A stretch of DNA of 64,000 nucleotides from Eledone cirrhosa. Lineage: Eukaryota. The stretch is from assembly GCA_964016885.1 (NCBI GenBank), contig OZ024740.1, positions 102,796,001-102,860,000 of the forward strand, written 5' to 3'. The translations under genes were made by a program, and so were the position numbers. Shown here one piece after another: positions 53,471 through 64,000 of this stretch; position 1 is the stretch's first letter, and the number at the start of each line of letters is the position of its first letter. A model generated the notes under the pieces. It worked only from the letters and a program-made list of their open reading frames with translations, was not told the origin of the DNA and made no database searches.

Positions 53471-54285
53471 TGATCTTTTTAACTGGTTGAAATTCTTCAT
53501 TCTCAGCCGAAAAGAGGTAGTCACGGTTCTGGGACAGTATTCTTCACCATATGAGATGTCATCTGGTGTACCACAAGGATCTGTTCTTGGTCCTCTTTTG
53601 TTTGAAGAAGACCGAGGGTGTCTTGGCATCACACAGCAAGACCTTTGTTAGCCGCTCTCCAGCCATCTATTTAAAGCTGTATACAACTATGGTACGACCA
53701 CACTTGGAATTCGCATCATCAGTCTGGAACCCCTATCTTGCTCAGAACATTGACCTCCTGGAAACTGTTCAGAGACATGCAACCAAGCACATACCCTCCA
53801 TCAGACACCTACCATACTCTGAATGCCTTGCTTCCCTGGGCATGGATTCATTGAAGCTCCGACCTCTGGCAACTGACTTGGTAAACACCCACAAAGTTAT
53901 TAACCATCTTGCCAACAACAACCCTGAGCACCTTTTTGATCTCCATGTGTCTAACACACGTGGACATGCCTACAAAATCAGAAAACAGCACAGCTCCCAT
54001 GACTTTCGGAAACATTTTTTCACGCTCAGAGTTGCTGAAGCATGGAACAAACTGCCTGCGTCAGTTGTTAGTTGCCGAGACACTGCATCCTTTAAAACCC
54101 TCATGCTTCCCGAAATTCGCCAAAACTACACCTGATGTACCCCTTCCATACACATGCACACGTGTATATCATGACTCATGTACTGTTCATTTTCCTGATG
54201 TTTGTACATTACCCTATGTACTATACATACACTTTTTGATGAGTTGTAGTGCGCCTAAGCACTGTACACAATATTTCATTATTAT
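53471..54285 (+). mobile_element. 5'-truncated CR1 with an internal deletion at ~53604
   Basis: QGSVLGPLLF joined directly to KKTEGVL; VRPHLEF, NTRGH; 3' UTR and ATT tail. Confidence 0.92.
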
Positions 54286-54579
54286 TTTTTTTTTTTTTTT
54301 CTATCCTAAGGTCAGCTAGTATTTCAACAAAGCTCATAGATTATGTCCTTGCATACCCTAATAATCTTTCCTTTTGAGTATTTTTATTTTGTTGAGTATG
54401 TAGTTTATGTGGTGGGGTATGTATACAATCTGTAATGTTGCAAGGTATACTTATTTGTGTTCTTTGTAGTTGTTTTGTTTTGAAGAGATGTAAACTTGGC
54501 AAAGAATATTAGATCTATGATAGATCTAATGTACTGAAAACACAAAAGTTGTCTCTGATGATATTATACATTGTTCAAA

Positions 54580-54735
54580 GATAATATTTTAAAGAGATAT
54601 CCTCTCATTACTTCTCTTTATCTTGTTATTTGTTCCCAGAAAAAATATCCTGCAGTTACATACCAGAGTCAACAACAACTAGGAATGTCAATATAAACCA
54701 TAATATATTTATTGATGACCTAAAAATCTATATTG
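54580..54735 (+). mobile_element. Very old RT fragment, R4/Dong-like
   Basis: IF*RDILSLLLFIL and INHNIFIDDLKIY resemble GIFQGDSLSPLLF / INHLLFMDDLKLY. Confidence 0.5.
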
Positions 54736-54944
54736 GAAATATCCCTAAATAATAAGAAGCAGTTAAACTTAATAAACAATACCTTTACACATACACACGC
54801 GCGCGTGTGTGTGTGTGTGTGTGTGTACCATCATCATTTGATGCCTGTTTACCCTGTTTAGCAAGGGTTGGTTAGGCCATCACAAACCTAATCAGAACAT
54901 ATACTTTACACAACACACAGATTATATATATATATATATTCATT

Positions 54945-55400
<456 letters not shown>

Positions 55401-56131
55401 ATGATGATGATGATGATATTATCATCGTTCATCACTGTTTAACGTTCATCTTCCACACTAACATGGGTCTATATATATAATTCCTCATCATTTTATATAT
55501 ATATTTATACACACAAACAAACACACACACACACACGCACACACGGGCACACACACACACACACAGGCACACACACACACACACATACATGATACTCTCA
55601 TCTGTAAAATATTGACAAAACATTTAATAAAATATCAAGTAAAGACAAAAAGTAAAATGTGTAGAGGATCAAGGATGTGTGTAGGTGGTGGTGGGGCAGT
55701 GTGTGGGGATAGTGCGTGGAGTGTATTGTGTTGTAGGTGATGTACTACTGTGTGTATGGTTGTAGTGTAGTGTGTGTATGTGCATATGTGTGTGTTGTGT
55801 AGTGTGTGTTTGTGTAGTGTGTGTTTGTGTAGCGTGTGTTTGTGTGGTGTAGTGTGTATGGTATAGTGTATATGTATGTGTGGTGTAGCATGTGTGTGTG
55901 AGTGTATGGTGTGTGTGTGGTGCAGTATGTGCATGTGGTGTTGTGTGGGTGTGTGTGGGGGGGGGGGGGGGGGGTTATATGTGTTGTGTGTGTGGGTTTA
56001 TAGTTTTTTGAAATGGATAAGTAGAAGTGATTTGTTTCAATCACTTTCAACATCACTTTCATCATCATAATCACTACTCTACCAATATCAAACATTAAGT
56101 ATACATACACACACATATATATATATATATA

Positions 56132-59100
56132 TCATCATCATCATCATCATCAACGTTTAACGTCCGTGTTCCACGCTTGCATGGGTTTGGACGGGGGTAG
56201 TCCCACTTGAGGCAAGAGTGATTGTCTTGCTCGCATAGGACTGTCTGGCAGGTTTTCTACAGTTGGATGCCCTTCCTAACACCAACCACATTTACAGTGT
56301 GGGTCTGGGAGGTTTTTACCGTGTTGCCTACACGGCCACATTACAGCGTGGACTGTGTGTTTTTTTGTCGTGACACCTACACGATCTCATTTGTTTCGGC
56401 CTGGATGGCGCGGCACCAACATAACTTTACATAGAACGGGGTGGTGTGGATGGGGTGGGGGTGGCGGCGGGAGGGGTGTATTTTGTTAGAGATGCCTACT
56501 GGCAAGGCGGGTCTTCTCTGTTACTGAGTACCGCCAAAGGTCACGGTCCAGTGACATTGTCTTGGAGAGGTGTAAGTGTGTGAGGTCGGAGTTTATCAGC
56601 TCATCCCATATTTTTCTAGGTCTGCCTATTCCGTGGCTACCGTCTATCTTTATTGCCCTGCACTTTGTAATACAGCTATCGACTTTCATGCGCATCACGT
56701 GTCCATACCAACGCAGCCTTCTCTCAAGTAAACAACATCTGATCCCTCTTATCTCTAATTTTTTCCTTAGTTCGTTTATGCTTTGCCGTTCACGTATATT
56801 ACTGTTACACATCCAGCGGAGCATGCAAGCTTCGTTCCTCTCTAGTCTGCGTATATCCTCTGCACACAATGCCCAGGTCTCACTACCATGCAACATTGCT
56901 GTTCGTATGCAGGCATCGTACAACCTGCCTTTCATTTTTAGGGAGAACCCTTTAGCAGCTAATAGTGGTATAAGCTCTCTGAACTTTTTCCAACCAGTTC
57001 TGACTCTAGCTACAGTACTTTCAGAGCACCCTCCCCCACTGCTGATTTTATCGCCCAGGTAACGGAAGCTGTCCACTATTTCTATAGAACCCTCTGCGCA
57101 ATTGAAAGAGCTAGTATTTTGTGGGCACTTGCTGCTACTTATTGCACCAGAACACCGGCCACATGTAAAGTCTATGTTCTTAGTTAGCTTACCTGTGATC
57201 CCACTACATCTTTTATGCACCCATACTTTGCATTTAGGACATAAGATGGAGTTTCTACCTACGCCTTTCCTACATACCGAGCACGACCATTTCCCAGAAG
57301 GGACCGCCGCCTTGTTTTCTTTCCTACAAACTAGAACTTTGGTCTTAGCCAGGTTAATTTTAAGTCCTTTTGACTCTAGGCCGTGCTTCCATGTTTGGAA
57401 TTTCTTCTCTAGCTCGGCCATTGATTCCGCTATGAGTGTCAGGTCGTCTGCGTATAGGAGTTCCCATGGGCAGCCTGTCTTGAACTCCTCTGTTATAGCC
57501 TGAAGGGCAATAATAAATAGTAGGGGGCTGAGAACAGAGCCCTGATGGACGCCAACTTTTACGCTAAACTCTTCACTATATTCGTTGTTAATTCTAACCT
57601 TGCTGACTGTTTCTTTATACATGGCTTGTATAGCCCTCACAAGCCATTCGTCAACGCCTAGTTTTCTAAGAGCCCACCAGATAATGGAGCGGGGGACTCT
57701 GTCGAAGGCTTTCTCCAGGTCGACAAAAGCTAAGTAGAGGGGTTTACCTTTAGCTAGGTACTTCTCCTGTAGTTGTCGTACTATGAAAAGAGCGTCTGTG
57801 GTGCTTTTGCCTGACACAAACCCGAACTGCATTTCATCTAGATCAATTCTCTCTCTGATTAGTTGCGCTATTACTTTTTCCGTGACCTTCATGACCTGGT
57901 CGATTAATTTAATGCCTCTATAGTTACTCCTATCTAGGGCGTCTCCTTTACCCTTATAACAGTTAACGATGATGCTGCTATGCCAGTCCTTCGGAACAAC
58001 CCCATTCTGTACGACTTGGTTAACTATGCGGGTGACCATGGTGTGTCCCACCGTGCCAGATGCCTTCAGCATCTCAGCAACTATTTCCGAAGGCCCAGCC
58101 GCCTTACCAGTCTTCATATCCTTGATTGCCTTACTTATTATACTCCCCTCGACTAACACTGCTGGTCCCTCTATCGGGTCGATAAGGGGGAGACTGTCTT
58201 TCTCCCATTTATTCTCCTCATTTAGTAGCCTTTCATAGTGACACTTCCAAGCTACCTTCTTATCAGTGTCGGTGATGGCAAGTATGCCATCATCGTTAAG
58301 TACACACTTCTCCCCGACAATATCACGGTTTTCCTTGACGCATTGCCTGGCAATCCTGAACACCTCACGTTTTTGGTCATCGCGTTGTAGAACATGCTTG
58401 AACTTTCTTTCCTCAGCTTCCCTTCTTGCTAAGTACACTTCTCTCCTAGCTTCCCTCCTGGCCACTTGATAGTCTACTCTACTTCCCCCATCCCGCCATA
58501 CTTTCCAAGCCTGCTTTTTGGCCTTAATTGACCCCTCCACCCTATTGTTCCACCACCATGTTACTCTCCTCCTGCCTACAGGCCTGCTCCAGCCACAGAC
58601 TTCGTCTGTCGCCAACAGCAGGTTTGCTTTCAGAAATTTCCACTGTCCCTCTATATTGTCCGATTCTAGATGCTCTTCCTTACTGTCGAAAGCATCAAGT
58701 AATATGCTTTGAAATTTATTTCTGGCTGTGGGGTCCTTTAGTTTCCATATTTTCCTCCTGAGGATAGTCCTCTTCTGCTGTCGGGTGCGTCTCGTCCTGA
58801 CTATGAGGTCGCTAATTATCAGTCTATGTTGGGAGGTGCATTCTTCATGGGGGAGGGATTTAGTGTTTACAACAGACACTCTGTCACGTCTTCTGGTAAG
58901 GATATAATCTACCTGGCTTGTGTGTTCCCCGGATCTATAGGTAATCAGGTGATTGTCACGTTTTTTGAAGTTAGTGTTACAGATAGTTAGGTTATTTGCA
59001 TCACAGTATTCCAGAATTCTGGAGCCTTCCTCATTTCTAGTACCAAACCCATAGCCTCCATGGATTTCGTCATAGCCGTCACAATGTTGTCCAACGTGAC

Positions 59101-60251
59101 CATTTAGGTCGCCTGCAATAATTATATAGTCACTGTCAGATATTTGGGAGGTAGTTAGCAACAGTGTCTCATAGAATCTGTCTTTTATAGTGCCGGGCAG
59201 TCCGGATTGGGGTGCGTACGCAGATATTACTGTCACCGTAGTTCTATTGAGGACAAGTCTTATTTTAATTATTCTGTCGTTCACTCTATTTACGTCTATT
59301 ATCTTATCTGCCCACTTTTCTGCTACCATGATTCCTACTCCACCCAGCCCATCGTCGTTTCCCACCCAGAAAAGCTTATAACATCGTTTTTTACCCTCAA
59401 TGAATCTAGCAGACCCACCCCTCCACCTGGTCTCTTGAATACAACAAACATCGACCTCCTTACGTTCAAGCATTTCTACAACCTCGTTAGCGCGACCCTT
59501 TAGGGTGCCTACATTTATGGTACCAACTCTGAAGTTTTGGGTTGCGTTTGGAGGGTGGGGGTGGTGGGGGGCGGGAGGAGATAGGGTTATGTTAGCCATC
59601 CGCGGACGAAACAAAGAGGAGTGCTCGCATTCTCGTCCACGAGGTGAATTTGACTTTAACTTTGGCATTTTCGCTCTGGGCGTCCAGATTTTTCTCTCCC
59701 TTCCACTCTCCAGGATTCCGCAGTCCGTCCGTCCATCCATCCATCCATCATATATCGAAGGCAACCGGGCAAGCGATAGTATAGGCCTCTGGCTTATGAT
59801 TTGGTCCGCGTAATAATAATAATGGTGATGCGTGGGGGTGGGGGTGGGGGGCTCTGGCTTATAATAATGGTGGTGATGCGGGGGGGGGGGGGGCTCTGGC
59901 TTATGATTGGTCCACGTATTAAGTATGGTGGCGTGTGGGGGCGGGAGGGAGGGGTGTGGGGTAGCTAGCTGGAAGGTTATGAATGTTTAACAAGCGATTT
60001 AACAAAAAGCAAAACTGCAAGATTTGTTCTGTTCAATACGACAAAAACACCGTATTTAAACCTTAAATAGATAACAAAAAAATACAGATTTCGGATTTTG
60101 CGAGATTGGATGTTTGTTTGGACTATGTACGGAATTGAGCGTGGAAATGGAGAGAAGAATTGTACTTTACGATTTACATGAGTCCATCATAGAAATAATT
60201 GAAGCAGCGGTGGATTGGCGAAAGTGGATAAACATGAAGGAGAACTTATCT

Positions 60252-60294
<43 letters not shown>

Positions 60295-60565
60295 CTAAGC
60301 GAGAGATAGAGGGGAAGAAAGAGAGGGGGGGGGGAGAGATATTGTGGCTGACCGCAGCCCCCTCGTGGAGAAGCAAGGAGGGTGAAGGGGTGGATCGGAT
60401 TTTTGACTTTCAAGTAGCATACTATATATATTTAAAGTAATTTATAAGTAGAATGGGGAGGATTTTGTTTTTTTGTTTGAGAATACGATAGAATTAAGGA
60501 ATTGGACGAATACGATAGAATTAAGATAGAAGGTTATGAATGTTTAACAAGCGATTTAACAAAAA
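56132..60565 (-). mobile_element. Apparently full-length RTE LINE in a (TA)n tract
   Basis: (GAT)n tail, 3' UTR, intact ORF, and a 5' region with 37-bp direct repeats (59972-60008, 60529-60565). Confidence 0.92.
56486..59668 (-). CDS. Intact RTE polyprotein: APE endonuclease + RT + PHD-like finger (~1060 aa from the first ATG; frame open to 59764)
   Basis: GTINVGTL, IQETRW, SAYAPQ, AGDLNGHVG, QVDYIL, SQHRL, NYRGIKL, DLEKAFD, HQGSVLSP, YADD, FRYLG, RLRWYGHV, GRPRK; no stops. Confidence 0.95.
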   Translation of the reverse strand: MPKLKSNSPRGRECEHSSLFRPRMANITLSPPAPHHPHPPNATQNFRVGTINVGTLKGRANEVVEMLERKEVDVCCIQETRWRGGSARFIEGKKRCYKLFWVGNDDGLGGVGIMVAEKWADKIIDVNRVNDRIIKIRLVLNRTTVTVISAYAPQSGLPGTIKDRFYETLLLTTSQISDSDYIIIAGDLNGHVGQHCDGYDEIHGGYGFGTRNEEGSRILEYCDANNLTICNTNFKKRDNHLITYRSGEHTSQVDYILTRRRDRVSVVNTKSLPHEECTSQHRLIISDLIVRTRRTRQQKRTILRRKIWKLKDPTARNKFQSILLDAFDSKEEHLESDNIEGQWKFLKANLLLATDEVCGWSRPVGRRRVTWWWNNRVEGSIKAKKQAWKVWRDGGSRVDYQVARREARREVYLARREAEERKFKHVLQRDDQKREVFRIARQCVKENRDIVGEKCVLNDDGILAITDTDKKVAWKCHYERLLNEENKWEKDSLPLIDPIEGPAVLVEGSIISKAIKDMKTGKAAGPSEIVAEMLKASGTVGHTMVTRIVNQVVQNGVVPKDWHSSIIVNCYKGKGDALDRSNYRGIKLIDQVMKVTEKVIAQLIRERIDLDEMQFGFVSGKSTTDALFIVRQLQEKYLAKGKPLYLAFVDLEKAFDRVPRSIIWWALRKLGVDEWLVRAIQAMYKETVSKVRINNEYSEEFSVKVGVHQGSVLSPLLFIIALQAITEEFKTGCPWELLYADDLTLIAESMAELEKKFQTWKHGLESKGLKINLAKTKVLVCRKENKAAVPSGKWSCSVCRKGVGRNSILCPKCKVWVHKRCSGITGKLTKNIDFTCGRCSGAISSSKCPQNTSSFNCAEGSIEIVDSFRYLGDKISSGGGCSESTVARVRTGWKKFRELIPLLAAKGFSLKMKGRLYDACIRTAMLHGSETWALCAEDIRRLERNEACMLRWMCNSNIRERQSINELRKKLEIRGIRCCLLERRLRWYGHVMRMKVDSCITKCRAIKIDGSHGIGRPRKIWDELINSDLTHLHLSKTMSLDRDLWRYSVTEKTRLASRHL

Positions 60566-60697
60566 TATATATATATATATATATATATATACATGTCCAT
60601 ATACATATATATGTCTATATATATATATATATATGTCTATATATATATATATATATGTCTATATATATATATATATAGACATATATATATATATATA

Positions 60698-60743
<46 letters not shown>

Positions 60744-60844
60744 TATATATATATATATATATAGACATACATATATATATATATAGACATATATATATAT
60801 ATATAGACACATATATATTTATATATAGACATATATATATAGAC

Positions 60845-60877
<33 letters not shown>

Positions 60878-60990
60878 AATATATACATATATATATACAT
60901 ATATATAAATATATACATATATATAAATATATACATATATATAAATATAAATATATACATATATAAATATATACATATATAAATATATAC

Positions 60991-61023
<33 letters not shown>

Positions 61024-61036
61024 CATATATATATAT

Positions 61037-62262
61037 ATCATCATCATCATCATCAGGTTTAGCGTCCGTGTTCCACGCTTGCATGGGTTTGGACGGGGGT
61101 TTTCCCACTTGAGGCAAGAGTGATTGTCTTGCTCGCATAGGACTGTGTGGCAGGTTTTCTACAGTTGGATGCCCTTCCTAACACCAACCACATTTACAGT
61201 GTGGGGCTGGGAGGTTTTTACCGTGTTGCCTACACGGCCACATTACAGCGTGGACTGTCTGGCGGGTTTTCTACAGCTGGATGCCCTTCCTAACCAACCA
61301 CATTTACAGTGTGGGGCTGGGAGGTTTTTACCGTGTTGCCTACACGACCACATTTACAGCGTGGACTGTGTGTTTTTTTGTCGTGACACCTACACGATCT
61401 CATTTGTTTCGGCCTGGATGTTGTGGGACCAACATAACTTTACATTGAAAGGGGCGGTGTGGATGGGGTGGAGGTGGTGGGACGGGGGTGTGTTTTGATA
61501 GGGATGCCTCCTGACTGTAGTAGGTTTTTACTTTGTATTTAGGTAAGGCGGGTCTTCTCTATTACTGACTACCGCCAAAGGTCTTGGTTCAGTGACATTG
61601 TCTTGGAGAGGTGTAAGCGTGTGAGGTCGGAATTTATCAGCTCGTCCCAGGTTTTTCTGGGTCTGCCTACTCCGTGGCTACCGTCTATCTTTATTGCCCT
61701 GCACTTTGTTATACAGCTGTCGTCTTTCATGCGCATCACGTGACCGTACCAACGTCGCCTTCTCTCGAGTAAACAACATCTGATCCCTCTTATTTCTAAT
61801 TTTTTCCTTAGTTCGTTTATGCTTTGCCGTTCACGTATATTACTATTGCACATCCAGCGGAGCATGCAAGCTTCGTTCCTCTCTAGTCTGCGTATATCCT
61901 CTGCACACAATGCCCAGGTCTCACTGCCATGCAGCATTGCTGTTCGTATGCAAGCATCGTATAACCTGCCTTTCATTTTTAGGGAGAACCCTCTAGCGGC
62001 TAATAGTGGTATAAGCTCTCTGAACTTTTTCCATCCAGTTCTGACTCTAGCTACTGTACTTTCAGAGCACCCTCCCCCACTGCTGATTTTGTCACCCAGA
62101 TAACGGAAGCTGTCCACTATTTCTATAGAACCCTCTGCGCAGTTGAAGGAGCTAGTATTTTGTGGGCACTTGCTGCTACTTATTGCACCAGAGCACCGGC
62201 CACATGTAAAATCTATGTTCTTAGTTAGCTTACCTGTGATCCCACTACATCTTTTATGCACA
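61037..62262 (-). mobile_element. 5'-truncated young RTE copy with a 112-bp 3' UTR duplication
   Basis: VHKRC...DLWR*; (GAT)n tail; (TA)n on both sides. Confidence 0.94.
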
Positions 62263-62271
62263 TATATATAC

Positions 62272-62302
<31 letters not shown>

Positions 62303-62309
62303 GATATAC

Positions 62310-62340
<31 letters not shown>

Positions 62341-62347
62341 GATATAC

Positions 62348-62400
<53 letters not shown>

Positions 62401-62795
62401 CATATAAATATATATATACATATATATACATATATATACATATATATATATATACTTATATATATGCATGCATATAAATATATATATACATATATATACT
62501 TATATATATGCATGCATATAAATATATATATACATATATATATGCATATATATATGCATGCATATAAATATATATATATAAATATATATATATACATATA
62601 TATATATTGGTAAACGGAATAGAAAATGCTGACAAATTGTTCACAGTGAAAAATAGTTTAATTAGGAATAAGTGAGAATTAGTAATAGTATTGGTTAGTA
62701 TTAAGTTTTGGTTTTAAGTTTTACCGGTTGCGCATTTCTAATGCTTTTCAAAAATAATTTTGAGATGGAGCGTCCGTGATGTTTGCTCTAATCTG

Positions 62796-62871
<76 letters not shown>

Positions 62872-63460
62872 CATCATCATCATCATTATATATATATATA
62901 TGTATGCATACATATACATATATATATATATATATGCATACATATACATACATATATATATATGCATACATATACATACATATATATATATGCATACATA
63001 TATATATATGCATACATATATATATATGCATATGCATACATATACATACATATATATATGCATACATATATATATATGCATACATATATATATATATATA
63101 TATATGCATATATATATATGCATATTCATACATATATATATGCATATGCATACATATATATATATATGCATACATATATATATATATGCATACATATACA
63201 TATATATATGCATACATATACATATATATATGCATACATATACATATATACATACATATGCATATACATACATATGCATATATATACATATACATACATA
63301 TATGGATATATATACATATACATACATGTTTATATATATATATGTATATACATATACATATACATACATGTATATATATGTTTATAAACATATACATGTG
63401 TGTGTGTATGTATGTATGGATATATGTGTGTGTGCATAAATATAATTATACACTTATATA
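62262..63460. repeat. Interrupted (TA)n/(TACA)/(TGCA) microsatellites around a ~190-bp unique spacer
   Basis: Direct reading. Confidence 0.93.
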
Positions 63461-64000
63461 GATACTATCACCATAACACTGCCACAGCCATCACCACCCA
63501 CCTCATTCCCACTGCAAAGTCCCTCATCCATCCACACTGATAACACCACCACCACCACCACCACCACTGCCGTTGTCAAGTGAAAAGATTTTTTTACAGA
63601 AAAAGGTTTTCTTTACTGACAGGAAGATGTTAAAACACCTGAACTGTCAAATAACAACAGCAACAACAACAATAGTATGGATAATGGTGGGTGGTACTTG
63701 TGGTGGTGGTGGTGGTGTGATGATGGAAGGGATGGGTGTGTTTTCCTTTCATCATACTCTGGTGCAGTGTGTATGAAACAGTGTGAATAAAACATGATGA
63801 CGATGGTGGTGGTTAGGTGACGGCAGTGATGGTGGTGTTGGTGGTGATAGTGATGGTGCTGGTGATGTTGCTGGTGGTAGTGGTGATGGTGGTAGTGATG
63901 GTGGTAGTGATGGTGGTGCTGCTGGTGGCAGTGTTTCTTTCTATTACACAGTGGTGCACTGTGCACAGCACCAAATGGTGCAATGTGCAATTCACAGTGT

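Overview
AT-rich, microsatellite-saturated animal genomic DNA. It is most consistent with a cephalopod (octopus-like) genome, inferred from the SINE/RTE families and (TA)n density, not proven. It is not prokaryotic. Most listed ORFs are microsatellite artefacts, and the window is a layered deposit of transposons: a head-to-tail non-autonomous Helitron, two Penelope-like (Naiad-type) elements, six RTE LINE copies (one apparently full-length with an intact ORF), four CR1-type LINEs, Tx1/L1, CRE and R4/Dong-like remnants, two tRNA-derived SINE families, and mariner, piggyBac and hAT MITEs. One possible host terminal exon lies at 41667-41801 (-). Four observations stand out. (i) The first 16 kb holds a dense set of hammerhead-ribozyme (HHR) motifs, three of them in fold-back duplications whose inversion points fall at or next to the CUGANGA core. 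(ii) The RTE family has a PHD-like finger inside its ORF, direct-repeat 'monomer' 5' ends, a bias for (TA)n targets and a partner CORE-SINE. (iii) One CR1 has ORF1 and ORF2 in frame, separated by a single UGA. (iv) There is a four-element nested insertion stack. All alignments and folds were done by eye, so coordinates may be off by a few bases.
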